From assembly GCA_963719515.1 (NCBI GenBank), contig CAVRCJ010000006.1, positions 64,001-128,000 on the forward strand: DNA of 64,000 nt, read 5' to 3'. The DNA is from an uncultured cyanobacterium. GTDB taxonomy: Bacteria; Cyanobacteriota; Cyanobacteriia; CAKZMO01. The notes under the pieces were generated by a model. That model did not search any database and was not told the origin of the DNA. It worked only from the letters and a program-made list of their open reading frames with translations. Shown in pieces: positions 20,253-31,359 of the stretch (its first letter is position 1; every line of letters starts with the position of its first letter). A program made the position numbers and the translations under genes.

Positions 20253-22424
20253 CTAAACTCTCTCCGGAAAGCTGGGGATAGTTTCCGGCGGAGAATACTG
20301 GTAGTACTGATAGGTCTTGTCGTTGGTCAACTTCGAGCCGTTTGCTACCATACCAACAATAGGAATTTTAGCGGTATAGAGTTCGCCAAAAGCAGATTCT
20401 AGTTCTGAGAACTTCGCTTGACCTAGCCCTGCTGTCAACAGGACTCCTTGAGTTTTGGCCGCCACGATCAAAGCATCGGCAAACCCGAGAATAGGAGGGG
20501 TGTCGAAGATGACCATATCGAATTCTTTATAGACGCGCTTGAAGAATTCGTCCATGCGCGGAGTCGATAGAGTTCTACTTGGGTTTGGCGGAACTGGTCC
20601 CGAGGTGATGATAAATAAGTTCTCATCTGTGTAGGAGCGGACTAAAATATCCTCTAGCTCAAACTCGCCCGTGGCGTAGCTCGACAAACCCTTATCATTT
20701 GAAAGATTACAGAATTTGTGTAAGGTAGGTCGCCTCAAATCGGCATCCACGAGTAGGGTTCGCTGTCCCATCGACGCAATGGTGTGAGCGAGGTAAAAGC
20801 TGACGGTGCTCTTCCCAGAATTTGGGGTGGCGGAGCCAACGGTCAGCGCCTTAATAGAATTGTCTGGGTTACTGAGGTGAATATTGGTCGACAGTATCCG
20901 AAACGCTTCTGAGAAAGGCTGTGGAAGCGTATTTTGACTGTGACCGTTGCTGCCTAGGGAATGGCCATTAAGCCCATTTGTAGTCGAGTAAGCTGCGGAT
21001 AAGACCGGAAGTGGACCGTCACCCAACATCGGATTGTGGGGAATATCGCCAAGAATTGGAATGTTCGAGACTTCTTTAAGCTCTTTGACCGTATGAATTT
21101 TGCCGCTCATACGATCAATCAAGATTGCGGCCCCCGACCCTAAAATCAATCCTAGGAAAGTTCCTATGACCAGATTATTCTTCGGGTTGGCGAGAGCTGC
21201 TTTTGGATCCGTTGGTGGCGTTAGAATTTCCCACGGAACCTGTCGTTGAGCCGCATCGATTCGTAGCGCTTCGCGCTTGATCAAAAATTGATTTAGATTA
21301 TTGGTTGCAATCTCTAGGTCTCGCTGAATGTCGTTATACTGACGAGCTGCTGTAGACAGGCGTTTAATGCGCTCGTTCAGAACCCCGATATTTTTGCTTA
21401 GAGCCTGCTCCCGGTCGTTTAGCTCACGAATGCGGCTTGCCACCTCTTCTTGGACGCGAAAGCCTTCTCGCTCAAGCAGCGGCTCGAGGTTTTCCCGACG
21501 GTCTTCAATCACCCCGATTTCGGGGGTCCCTTCTAAATACAGCGACAGCTCGCCAGCTAGCTCACTATCGACTGCTAGAAGCTGGTTAATAAGCGCCTGA
21601 TAGCGATCGCTCTGCGAGAGTGCAGATGTTGCGGCCAGCTCTGGGCCCTGGGCGAGCTCCTGCCTCAAATTCTGATAGAGCTTCTCAGTTTGCTCTATCT
21701 CCACTCTAAGGTTGAGCTGCTCGTTAGTGAACGCGGCAGCCTGCTGTGTAATTTGCTCGCCTTCGAGAACTGGATCGATGAGGTTGTACTTCTGACGCAG
21801 ACTCTCTAAGTTTGCTTCTAGCTGGTCGACCTGCGCTTTAACAAAGGGCAGCTGCTCATCAACAAAGTCGATGCCCCGAGAAATGTCGTTCTGTCGGTCT
21901 TCCAGGCTATATCTCAAGTAAGCCGTTGAGACAAACTCCAAAACGTCAGCCACTTCACTTGATGTATCACCCTGATATTCAACGGTCAGAACTTTACCCG
22001 TATCGTTGGGTGAGATCTTCAAGCCGCGAATGACCTTCGCGTAGGTAATATTGGGGTAAATCCTCTGAAGCTCTTCAACAATAGGCTCCATAAGTCGAGG
22101 GCTTTTCAGAATCTTTACCTGTGTTTCATCAACCGTAATGCTAACGACGTCAGACTGATTGCTAAGGGCCTCTGGACTCAGAGTAGAGATAATTTCAGTT
22201 TCTAGCGTGACTGGCGGTGTAAGTAGCTCAAAACCGGCCTGGTAGGTCGGCGTATCTGTCACGGCTTTGAGAACAGCTGCGGAAGCCGTTAGGGCTGTTA
22301 TCCCAACAATCCACAATACCTGACGCCTCAGGGATGCGGCTAATAGATCTAGCCTGAGACCTCCTTCCTGGTCTTGCTCTTGAGGAAGCACTCCTGCTGC
22401 CGGTAAGTTAAGTTCAGATGCCAT
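20253..22424 (-). CDS. wzc: Wzc-type polysaccharide co-polymerase / BY-kinase
   Basis: Two TM helices around a coiled-coil region, Walker A PNSGKST, DADLRRP, DTPP and a C-terminal Tyr cluster (TYQYYQY). Confidence 0.93.
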   Translation of the reverse strand: MASELNLPAAGVLPQEQDQEGGLRLDLLAASLRRQVLWIVGITALTASAAVLKAVTDTPTYQAGFELLTPPVTLETEIISTLSPEALSNQSDVVSITVDETQVKILKSPRLMEPIVEELQRIYPNITYAKVIRGLKISPNDTGKVLTVEYQGDTSSEVADVLEFVSTAYLRYSLEDRQNDISRGIDFVDEQLPFVKAQVDQLEANLESLRQKYNLIDPVLEGEQITQQAAAFTNEQLNLRVEIEQTEKLYQNLRQELAQGPELAATSALSQSDRYQALINQLLAVDSELAGELSLYLEGTPEIGVIEDRRENLEPLLEREGFRVQEEVASRIRELNDREQALSKNIGVLNERIKRLSTAARQYNDIQRDLEIATNNLNQFLIKREALRIDAAQRQVPWEILTPPTDPKAALANPKNNLVIGTFLGLILGSGAAILIDRMSGKIHTVKELKEVSNIPILGDIPHNPMLGDGPLPVLSAAYSTTNGLNGHSLGSNGHSQNTLPQPFSEAFRILSTNIHLSNPDNSIKALTVGSATPNSGKSTVSFYLAHTIASMGQRTLLVDADLRRPTLHKFCNLSNDKGLSSYATGEFELEDILVRSYTDENLFIITSGPVPPNPSRTLSTPRMDEFFKRVYKEFDMVIFDTPPILGFADALIVAAKTQGVLLTAGLGQAKFSELESAFGELYTAKIPIVGMVANGSKLTNDKTYQYYQYSPPETIPSFPERV

Positions 22425-22500
22425 TCAGATTTCCTTAATGCCTACTAGACTGCCACAAAATCTACGGGTCTTACCCACGGTACTAATCTAATACAGGCTG

Positions 22501-23943
22501 CTAGTCAAAGACTCTAAATAACTGACTGGGCAAGGTGAATATCGATAAAGCTCGGCTTAATGGTGTCAAAACACCATCAAGAGCATCCCCAATACTAGCT
22601 GTTGCCGAGCGCTTGACTACGATAACGTCGTTGTTTCGTAGAAGCGGGTTCATTGCTTCGTCAATACCCTCGCTAAAGTCAATGCTGATGGAGCGCTGGG
22701 TTGCTGTACCATCCAAGTTTAACCGAATCAGCTCGACTTGCCCTCGCCTCGCTCGATTGTTGAATCCTCCGGCTGCGAGTAGTCCTTGACTGAGCGGTGT
22801 GTTGGGCGGCACTTCCACAACACCGGGTTGATCGACTTCCCCCACCACGTTGACTCTAATCGTATCTGGAGAAAAGCTGGCTGCCGCGATTTCGGACAGT
22901 TCTTCGGTCAGCACTTCACTTGCTTTGGGAACGAAAACCGTATCTCCCTCCTGCAGAGTGATATCTTCGATGAGGTCACCTTCCTTCAAAAGCTGCCAAA
23001 GGTTTACGCCGATTGTCTGTTCTCCGCCGTTGCGCGTTCTGCGATAGACCGCGATCTGCCGAATATTTGCCTCAGGCTTGATCCCGCCAGCAACCTGAAT
23101 AGCCCGAGTTACGGTCGGCGGCAGACCTGCCGCGCCTGCTCCACCGGGTATACCTGCATCTCCAGTACGAGCGGTGCCCGTAACGGTATAAGGCCCTGGC
23201 CGAAAAACTTCACCTACGACCGCAATGTTAAGAGGCCGGCTTTCGGCTGCTGCAAAGCTGGACGCCGCAATCTGAGCCGATTCTTGCGCGTCAAAGCCGT
23301 CTCGCGTCGGAACGAAAATAGTGTCCCCATCCCTCAGCATTATGTTTTGTTGGAGATTGCCGGTTGTGAGAAACTGCCAAAGATTGGCGGTAATCACTTG
23401 ACCATCTGGGCCTACAGAGCGCTGAACAGTAATCTGGCGTAGGTTCGCAGACTGGGTAACGCCGCCTGCAGCCTCTAGAGCCCCAACCAAAGAAGGGAAC
23501 TGATTGCCTTCTCGCTGTATGGTGTATGCTCCTGGGCTAAACACCTCACCGGCCACAGCGATTCTCAGAGCTCTAGGGTTGGTCAGAAGAACAGTAATGA
23601 TTGGTCGGCGCAGTCTTGACGCGTAGGCCTGCGAAATCGCAGCTTCGGCTTGCTCAATCGTGAGTCCGGCAACGTATACTTGACCAACGGCGGGTAAGCT
23701 GAGCGTACCGCTAGCCAAAACTTCATAGCTGCCACTGTAGTCTGGAATTCGGAAGACGTTGATTTGAAGCTGATCGCCCGCTCCTAAAATGTAATTGCCC
23801 GGCGGCTGACGCGTCGCTGCAGAGTTGTCAGAGCTTCCCGTAGGAAGTGGTGCCGACGACTGAGCTAGTGCAATCGGCTGGGGCAAGCTCGATAGCAGAA
23901 GCAGCGATGTTAGGCAAAACTGAGCGCAACGATTCAGTGTCAT
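22501..23943 (-). CDS. wza: Wza/OPX polysaccharide export protein with SLBB repeats
   Basis: YILGAGDQL poly-export motif and repeated VGEV..PG.Y / AGG SLBB motifs. Confidence 0.93.
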   Translation of the reverse strand: MTLNRCAQFCLTSLLLLSSLPQPIALAQSSAPLPTGSSDNSAATRQPPGNYILGAGDQLQINVFRIPDYSGSYEVLASGTLSLPAVGQVYVAGLTIEQAEAAISQAYASRLRRPIITVLLTNPRALRIAVAGEVFSPGAYTIQREGNQFPSLVGALEAAGGVTQSANLRQITVQRSVGPDGQVITANLWQFLTTGNLQQNIMLRDGDTIFVPTRDGFDAQESAQIAASSFAAAESRPLNIAVVGEVFRPGPYTVTGTARTGDAGIPGGAGAAGLPPTVTRAIQVAGGIKPEANIRQIAVYRRTRNGGEQTIGVNLWQLLKEGDLIEDITLQEGDTVFVPKASEVLTEELSEIAAASFSPDTIRVNVVGEVDQPGVVEVPPNTPLSQGLLAAGGFNNRARRGQVELIRLNLDGTATQRSISIDFSEGIDEAMNPLLRNNDVIVVKRSATASIGDALDGVLTPLSRALSIFTLPSQLFRVFD

Positions 23944-24084
23944 AGCAGTAAGGTGAGGCGGACTGTCTAAATCAATATCTTCTCAAGGATGGGGTCTACA
24001 TCCGGCTCTATTTTGACTTCGAAGAGCAAACTTGATGATTATGTTAGTCTACTTGTTCTATTCCACACGGCTAGTTACTGTAGA

Positions 24085-24870
24085 CTACCCTCTCGATGAA
24101 CTGTGCGATCGCCGCTGTTGCACAGACCGCTGCATAATCTGCTGAAGCGCCAACCACATAAAAGGCGGAATGGTTTGAAAATATCGTTTCCACAACCTTT
24201 TAGGTTCTTGCTTGAGTCTGTATAACCATTCCAGCCCCCCGTATCGTACCCACTTGGGAGCCCATTTTTGCACTCCAGCATAGACTGGAAATACTGCTCC
24301 AACGCCAACCATGACCGACTGCACATCACCCTTATGCTTCATCATCCAGTATTCTTGCTTAGGGCAGCCCAAAGAAACAAAAGTCAGGCCCGCACCGCTG
24401 CGGTTGATGCGCTCGATCAGCTCAGCATCCTCCGTATCGGTTAGGGGGCGAAACGGCGGCGACTCAGTGCCTGCGAGCTCAAGCCCTGGAAATTCTTGCT
24501 TAAGCTTGCCCTCCATTTTCTCTAGAACGTCTGGGGTGGAGCCTAGGAGATAGAGTGAAACGTTCTCTCTTTCGCAGCGCTCACAGACCGCCAAGAATAT
24601 GTCCATACCCGCCACCCGCTCTTGATCTCGTACTCCAAGAGCTTTCATAACCCATACGATGGGCATGCCGTCAGGAGTATTTATGTCTGATGTCTCAAGG
24701 ATTCGACGTAGGGCTGGATTCCAGTGGGATTCCATCACCATGTGAACGTTGGTGACACAGACCACTCGACTAGAGTTTTGCTGAGCCCACGAAAGCATTG
24801 ACGCGATTTGCTCTTTAAAGGGAAGCGCCGTTACGGGTGTACGCACAACGTCGATTTGGGGTAAATTCAT
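24085..24870 (-). CDS. WecG/TagA/CpsF family glycosyltransferase (GT26)
   Basis: PDGMPIVW, RVAGMD, LGCPKQE and GLEWLYRL.QEPKRLWKRY motifs. Confidence 0.94.
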   Translation of the reverse strand: MNLPQIDVVRTPVTALPFKEQIASMLSWAQQNSSRVVCVTNVHMVMESHWNPALRRILETSDINTPDGMPIVWVMKALGVRDQERVAGMDIFLAVCERCERENVSLYLLGSTPDVLEKMEGKLKQEFPGLELAGTESPPFRPLTDTEDAELIERINRSGAGLTFVSLGCPKQEYWMMKHKGDVQSVMVGVGAVFPVYAGVQKWAPKWVRYGGLEWLYRLKQEPKRLWKRYFQTIPPFMWLALQQIMQRSVQQRRSHSSSRG

Positions 24871-25799
24871 AAGTACAAAGTTAAGTTGATTCTTCTATTG
24901 GGAGGATGGCTTCTGCAGAGTATAGCTAAGCAATTGTGCCTGATTTCGTATTGGCCGTAGCTATCAATTGATGGAGACGTTGAGATGATGCAGCATCCCA
25001 TTGATCTGTATATTGCCTTCAAGTAAGCCGCCCTTACGAAAAGCTCTCGTAATAAAATTCCGTAAAGAGTAAAGGAGATATGAAATAGCTTTAGATAGCA
25101 TCGCTAGAGGGGAAGAAATAGAGCACTTCCCGAGCGACTTTACCCGCACGCCTAGCACGCTTGTGACTTTCGAGAGGAAGCGTAGAGCACCAAAACAGGG
25201 GAGAAGAAGGTATGTCTCATAGCTCAGTATAGCCTCCGTAATAGTTTTTCCGTAAGGAATACTACAGGGGTTCACGAAAAATTTATAATTTACTTCACGA
25301 GTTCTACATGCGCTAATGTAGCGGAAGTAATTTACAATGGCCGCACATCCCTTGCGCGACATGGGTTCAGCATGAGATACTCAGCTACACTATCCGTTGA
25401 AAAATAAGGCTAAGCTACAGCTTGGCATCTATTGACACCTTCCTAATTTTCATTTGCCTTCTAAAGTTTCACTAAAGCTTTACCAAATGTTAAGGTCCGG
25501 AGTGAGTAGCTGCAGATTTGATGAGCTAGCATGGCGGAAGGTTATCTCAGCGCACAGGAACTGAAGCCAGGCAATTGTATAGAGAACATAGACAACATGT
25601 TGGACAGCTTCTAGCTTCAACGTTTTGGCAGCAGCTGAAATACGCGGTTTATCAATACAAATTATAGGTACTATCTGACGAACTTTCGCGCACAAAACTT
25701 TAGTCGGGCGCGTAAGACTTGAATGTAATAGGTTTTTTTAGTATACCCTCTTGAGCGCTGAATGCGATCGACCTGAGTTTTGTTATTGTTATTACCTAT

Positions 25800-27614
25800 A
25801 TGCTCAAACAACTATCAAAATTTTTCTATATTGTCTCCGAAACAAGAAGAAAGCTCCTTTTGCTTTTACTGATGGCAGCTCTAACATCAGTTTTGGAGGC
25901 ATTTGGTGTGGGTTTGATCGGTCCATTCATCGCAATAGCCTCAAACCCTAGCTCAATCGGTGATATTCCAATTCTGAATTCAGTCTATGCAACGCTTGGA
26001 TTTAGATCTTACGAAGACTTTGTCGTTGCACTAGGGCTGTTTACGATTGCAGCTTTCTGTGTCAAGTCAGTTGCATATGTCGTTACAAACGCCTACGTAT
26101 TTAAAGTTACCTTTGGCCAGAAGAAAGCACTGGTATCGCGGATGATGAGTGCTTACTTGTCAGCTCCCTATGTATTCTTCTTGAAGAAGAATACTTCTAG
26201 CATTGTCCAAAAAATATCGATTGAAACGACGACTTTCTCGCAAGACTACATGATGTCGCTTCTGATGGCAGTGGTCAACTTTATCACTATTATCCTCTTG
26301 CTAGGACTGCTTGCCAAAACCAATCCGGTTTTCTTAATGGGGATTCTGGGAGTCATTCTGCTTATTTTGATAGCCTTTCAGCTTTTGAGTTCTCGATTCA
26401 AGCGCTGGGGTCGTATGAGGACTGAAGCGGATCAGAATATGATTCGCTCTGTAAACCACAGTCTGGGAGGTCTTAAAGAGACGCGCGTTATCGGTTGCGA
26501 ATCTTATTTCGAAGAGCAAATCTTAGCCTATGGAAACCAGTGGGCTAGAGCGGTGACTCTCTTCCGAAGCTCCAAAATGGTGTTTCCGGTCATCGTACAG
26601 ACTAGTTTGATTGTGACCGTCATTGGATATATATGCGGATCTTTGGTTTTCGCAGATCAAGGGCTAGAGAGTATAACATCCGTCATGGCAGTCTTTGTAG
26701 CAGCGTCGTTAAGATTGGTTCCGTCGGTTAATCAATTTGTAAATTCAATTGGAAGCCTCGTCAACTCTAGTCACATCCTGGACATCATATATCTAGACTT
26801 AAAGGAAATAGAAAGTCTGAATAGCATTAAAAACAGCCAATACAAAGATGATTTATCGCAGGCTCTTGAAGAAAATCCGTCCTTTAAATCAAACTCAGAT
26901 GCCAATCTAAATTTTAGGAAGAGTGTTGAGCTTCAAAACGTATCTTACAAGTATCCCAGTTCATCCGAGCCCGCAGTCAAAGACATTTCTTTGAGCATAA
27001 AGAAAGGTGAGTCGGTTGCACTGATTGGCAAATCTGGAGCAGGGAAGACAACCCTAGTAGACATCATCTTGGGTTTGCTTAAACCCCAAGACGGCGATAT
27101 CCGCGTTGATGGCGTCTCTGTTTACTCAGACTTGCGCTCTTGGCAAGGTCTTGTTGGCTACATTCCTCAATCCATCTTTTTAATGGATGACACAATTGAG
27201 CGCAACATCGCCTTTGGCGTCCCTGACCATCTAATTGAGCACGAGAAACTTCACAAGGCGATAGAATCGGCTCAACTCAATGATTTGATAGAGAGCTTAC
27301 CGGATGGCATAAGTTCTCAGATGGGAGAGCGTGGCATTCGACTCTCTGGAGGGCAGCGCCAGCGTATCGGTATCGCTCGTGCTTTATATCACGAAAGAGA
27401 AATTTTAGTGCTCGACGAAGCAACTGCAGCTCTCGACAATGAGACAGAGAGGTTGGTGACCGAATCAATAAATGCTTTGGCAGGGAAAAAAACGCTGATT
27501 ATTATCGCTCATCGTCTTTCGACTATTAAACAGTGCGATCGCGTTTTTGAGCTCGGGAATGGAAAACTTATAAATTCTGGCACTTATAGCGAAGTTGTTA
27601 AGAATACCGTCTAA
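25800..27614 (+). CDS. ABC transporter permease/ATPase fusion (PglK/HepA-like lipid-linked oligosaccharide flippase)
   Basis: N-terminal TM domain, GKSGAGKT, LSGGQRQR and LDEAT; sits in a glycan cluster. Confidence 0.9.
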   Translation: MLKQLSKFFYIVSETRRKLLLLLLMAALTSVLEAFGVGLIGPFIAIASNPSSIGDIPILNSVYATLGFRSYEDFVVALGLFTIAAFCVKSVAYVVTNAYVFKVTFGQKKALVSRMMSAYLSAPYVFFLKKNTSSIVQKISIETTTFSQDYMMSLLMAVVNFITIILLLGLLAKTNPVFLMGILGVILLILIAFQLLSSRFKRWGRMRTEADQNMIRSVNHSLGGLKETRVIGCESYFEEQILAYGNQWARAVTLFRSSKMVFPVIVQTSLIVTVIGYICGSLVFADQGLESITSVMAVFVAASLRLVPSVNQFVNSIGSLVNSSHILDIIYLDLKEIESLNSIKNSQYKDDLSQALEENPSFKSNSDANLNFRKSVELQNVSYKYPSSSEPAVKDISLSIKKGESVALIGKSGAGKTTLVDIILGLLKPQDGDIRVDGVSVYSDLRSWQGLVGYIPQSIFLMDDTIERNIAFGVPDHLIEHEKLHKAIESAQLNDLIESLPDGISSQMGERGIRLSGGQRQRIGIARALYHEREILVLDEATAALDNETERLVTESINALAGKKTLIIIAHRLSTIKQCDRVFELGNGKLINSGTYSEVVKNTV

Positions 27615-27659
27615 TTCTGAGCTTATGGAAATCTTTATGTCTTCTGGGAGTTGAACTAT

Positions 27660-28553
27660 ATGGTAATGCCAAACTTTATCATAATTGGCGCTGCTAAAGC
27701 TGGAACAAGCTCACTCCACTATTATCTTAGACAGCACCCTCAAATATTCATGCCCTTCTTAAAAGAGACAAACTTTTTTGCTTTGGAAGGAGAAGAGCTC
27801 AACTTCAAAAATCCTGATCAAGCTATCAATCAAAATTCGATAACAACTATAGAAGATTACCAGAAACTATTCGAGAGCGCAGCGCATGAAACCGCCATTG
27901 GAGAAGCATCGCCGCTATACTTTTATTCTAAGAAAGCCGCAAAGGCAATCAAACATTATATCCCAGACGCGAAGCTGATTCTAATTCTTCGAAATCCTAT
28001 AGATAGAGCCTTTTCTTGCTATACTCATTTGCTTCGTGAGGGTTACGAAACACTTTCTTTTGAGGATAGTTTGCTCATAGAGGATCAGAGAATTAATGAA
28101 AACTGGGCACATCTTTGGCATTATACCAAAGGCGGATTTTACTATGACCAGCTCAAGGCGTATTACGATCTTTTTGAGGAAGACAAAATCGGAATATTTC
28201 TTTTTGAGGATTTTTGCAAGAGTTCCATCACAGTTCTGAGCGATATTTTCGATTTCTTAGGTGTGGATGATACGCATAAACTTGACCTAACCAAGCAAAA
28301 TGTTTCTGGAATGCCTAAAAGCATGATTCTTCAAAAGTTTTTCACCAGAAAAAATTTTGCAAGATCAGCTTTGCAAACAATTATTCCTAATAAGATTCGA
28401 AGTAATGCTGCTCAAAATATAAAGAAGTGGAACTTGGGCAAAAAGCCAACTTTGGCATCGGAAACAAGAGATTCTCTTAAGGAAGTGTATAAAGAAGATA
28501 TTTTGAAGCTTCAAGGCCTTGCTAATAGAGATTTTTCGAGCTGGCTTAATTAA
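27660..28553 (+). CDS. PAPS-dependent sulfotransferase
   Basis: 5'-PSB IIGAAKAGTSSL, GEASPLY and 3'-PB LRNPIDRAFS. Confidence 0.92.
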   Translation: MVMPNFIIIGAAKAGTSSLHYYLRQHPQIFMPFLKETNFFALEGEELNFKNPDQAINQNSITTIEDYQKLFESAAHETAIGEASPLYFYSKKAAKAIKHYIPDAKLILILRNPIDRAFSCYTHLLREGYETLSFEDSLLIEDQRINENWAHLWHYTKGGFYYDQLKAYYDLFEEDKIGIFLFEDFCKSSITVLSDIFDFLGVDDTHKLDLTKQNVSGMPKSMILQKFFTRKNFARSALQTIIPNKIRSNAAQNIKKWNLGKKPTLASETRDSLKEVYKEDILKLQGLANRDFSSWLN

Positions 28554-29216
28554 ATGTATGAGCTTAAGCAAGTTTTATACTCTTCGGAAAATTGGGCTCG
28601 GAGTTTTACAGGAAAGTCTTACTGATTACGTTTTGCTGAGCGCGCCAATATGTTTACCTTCATCAAACTTGAGAGGGATTAGTTCGAAAGAAGTTGTTTT
28701 GAAGATGGTGAACATTTAATTAGATATTTCCAATCAACTTAGGAAAATATTTAGCGCGTGATCGAACTAGAATCTTAATTCAGTAGAAAAAAGTATCATT
28801 AGAATTCAGAAAATTATGGCGATTTTGAACCCGTAAAAAAATGTATACTTCCAACCTTTTTTCGTCAAAGCCCTTGCTTGACACCCTGTCCGAAAGAACT
28901 AAAGGAAAACTGCTTTCCTTTTTAAGAATGACGTTCTTAGTCTTTAAGGATTGATAGACAGAGATTTGTTTCATTGGCTCTCGATATAGATCAACCGATT
29001 ATTGACGGCGTTAGTTTTATGAAAATAGGTAAAAGCTTGTTGCCGCAACGGTGCTTTTCTGTTTGTGTACGTCTTCTACTACTACTTTTCCTCAGCCGGT
29101 TGACCGAGCACTATAAAAGCTGTTTGTTTAGCTTTCGAGAAGAATCTCTAGTAGAAAATAAAGCTAATTGCATTAAATATCCGCAGAATTAGCGGTTTTA
29201 CTATAAAGGAATTAAG

Positions 29217-30101
29217 ATGCTTACATCAATACAAAAAAAATATGAACTTATCCGCTTAGCCGAACCAAAAACTATCCTCAGACGCTTATATGTGAAGCTA
29301 AATAGCGATTGGGAAGGGGAAGGCGGTTTTATAAAAAGGCTAATTGTCAATCACGACTTTCGCTTTATATACTGCCCAATATATAAGAATGCCTCCACAA
29401 GTATGATGGCCGCTTTGCTTGAACTATCAAAGACAAAAGCGATAGGAGAAGGACAGTTCTCGTCAGATGTATCTGTTCGCTCCTATATAAATTTGAACTA
29501 CAGTCTTGCCAATTATACAAAATTACAGGCGAAAGAGATTCTTGATAGCGACTACTTTAAGTTTACTATCGTCAGAAACCCTTGGGCTCGTCTAGTATCG
29601 ACTTATTCTAACTACTTTATTCGACTGCCTGCTGAGAAGAAAGTAATTTCAAAAATTGCGCAGAATGCTTCCAAGCACATTTACGGAGAGCATTTGTCTG
29701 CAGAGAAAAGCGACTCGATTACATTTGAGCAATACGTAGATTATGTTGTTTCAAAAAGCGACTCTCAGCTCGATCCACACAGCGGCTCTCAAAGCCAGTA
29801 TTTAGCTGGAATTCAATATGATTATGTAGCAAAATTGGAGACCCTAAAAGCTGATATAGAGTACATCAAGGAAAAGCTAAATCTTCCAATTACCATGGAG
29901 AAATTCAATAAAACATCTTATAAAAAATATATAAAATCTGACCCGCTAAGCGAAGATTATTCTACGCTTACTCCTAAGCAGCTTAGAAATTTGGAGAGTA
30001 AAATTCCTGCTTATCAACAGTTTTACACTTCGGAATTGGTTGAAGCAGTTAGGAACAGATATAATGACGACGTTACTCTCTTCAGCTACTCTTTTGAGTA
30101 A
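29217..30101 (+). CDS. Sulfotransferase family 2 (carbohydrate sulfotransferase-like)
   Basis: CPIYKNASTS, FTIVRNPWARLVSTY and DPH..SQ motifs. Confidence 0.9.
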   Translation: MLTSIQKKYELIRLAEPKTILRRLYVKLNSDWEGEGGFIKRLIVNHDFRFIYCPIYKNASTSMMAALLELSKTKAIGEGQFSSDVSVRSYINLNYSLANYTKLQAKEILDSDYFKFTIVRNPWARLVSTYSNYFIRLPAEKKVISKIAQNASKHIYGEHLSAEKSDSITFEQYVDYVVSKSDSQLDPHSGSQSQYLAGIQYDYVAKLETLKADIEYIKEKLNLPITMEKFNKTSYKKYIKSDPLSEDYSTLTPKQLRNLESKIPAYQQFYTSELVEAVRNRYNDDVTLFSYSFE

Positions 30102-30213
30102 GTTCTATCGCTTGTCAGGAACTGTAGCCTAATAACTTCAAGCGGATACTACAAATACGTTTTGAAACATTTTAAATCAGCGGAAACAACTCAAGATTAA
30201 AGAGCAAGCAACA

Positions 30214-31284
30214 ATGCCAAGCAGTTGTAGAGTCCCCTGTTTCGTCAGTATCGTTATCAACAATTTTAACTACGATCGCTTTCTCTCTCAAGCGATTGAC
30301 AGTGCGTTGAACCAAACTAGTTCCTGCATTGAGGTTATTGTCGTAGATGACTGCTCCACAGATGACTCCCGAAAGATCATAGAGAGCTATGGCGATCGCA
30401 TTATTCCGGTTCTGCATCAAACCAACGGCAAACAGGGTGCCGCCTTCAACAGCGGCTTTGCGAAAAGCCAAGGAGATATTGTTCTATTCCTAGACGCTGA
30501 CGACTACCTTTACCCTCACGCAGTTGAACATATTGTCGCCGCCTGGACCCCAGAACTGTCTAAAGTTCACTTTCGTCTAGACGTCGTCAATGCTGATGGT
30601 GAACCTCGTGGATTCTCCTACCCACAGGGTGGCACCCTAGACACTGGAGACATCAGTCGATCTGTTCTGACCGTAGGAACCTACACCGGCGTACCGACAA
30701 GCGGCAATGCTCTGAGCCGCAAAATGCTTGAGCAGGTCATGCCAATTCCCCAGGAGTTCAATACAACTTCCGATGACTATCTCTCAGTGCTGATGCCGCT
30801 CTACGGAAAAGTTGCTGCCGTAGAAACGCCGCTTGGGTCATATCGCATTCATACCAGTAATCAATGGGCAATGTCGAACGTGACAAGCGATCGCTTTCAT
30901 CGCTTTATCCGTCATGATATCCAGCGCTGCGAACTTCTAAAGGTGAAGGGTCGTCAGCTTGGCTATACAGTCCCCGACGATCTAGAGACGCGCTTTTTTG
31001 GTCGAATATGGTCCCGTCTCTCTTCACTCAAATTCGATCCAGAGCACCATCCCTTACCGGGGGATCGGCCGCTGGAGCTTGCTGCCGCTGGTATCAAAGC
31101 CGTCTGGCGGTATTCTGACCACACGCTAAAAAAGCGACTTGTTTTCACCCTATGGTTTTTGTGGGTAGGCATCATGCCATCTTTTTTGGCCAAGCCAGCT
31201 ATTGTCTGGTTATTTGCCCCCCAGCTGCGCCCTAAGCCGCTTCATTGGACCTTGGCAAAGCTGCGTACATTCACAAGCGCATAA
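30214..31284 (+). CDS. Glycosyltransferase family 2
   Basis: SIVINNFNY, VDDCSTD and FLDADD motifs. Confidence 0.93.
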   Translation: MPSSCRVPCFVSIVINNFNYDRFLSQAIDSALNQTSSCIEVIVVDDCSTDDSRKIIESYGDRIIPVLHQTNGKQGAAFNSGFAKSQGDIVLFLDADDYLYPHAVEHIVAAWTPELSKVHFRLDVVNADGEPRGFSYPQGGTLDTGDISRSVLTVGTYTGVPTSGNALSRKMLEQVMPIPQEFNTTSDDYLSVLMPLYGKVAAVETPLGSYRIHTSNQWAMSNVTSDRFHRFIRHDIQRCELLKVKGRQLGYTVPDDLETRFFGRIWSRLSSLKFDPEHHPLPGDRPLELAAAGIKAVWRYSDHTLKKRLVFTLWFLWVGIMPSFLAKPAIVWLFAPQLRPKPLHWTLAKLRTFTSA

Positions 31285-31359
31285 AATTTATAATTTAGCC
31301 ATTCTCTTCTAAACGTTATTGACAGCAGCCGTTGAATTGAACTACTACAAAAAATCACT

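Noticed and set aside
24964..25362. 132-aa minus-strand ORF in the EPS divergent region
   Set aside because: No recognisable motifs and atypical composition; probably a chance ORF in a regulatory region.
25464..25472. AAGTTTCAC resembling an AAGTTNNAC motif I recall for synechan regulation
   Set aside because: A single short match in AT-rich DNA, with no matching regulator gene in the window.
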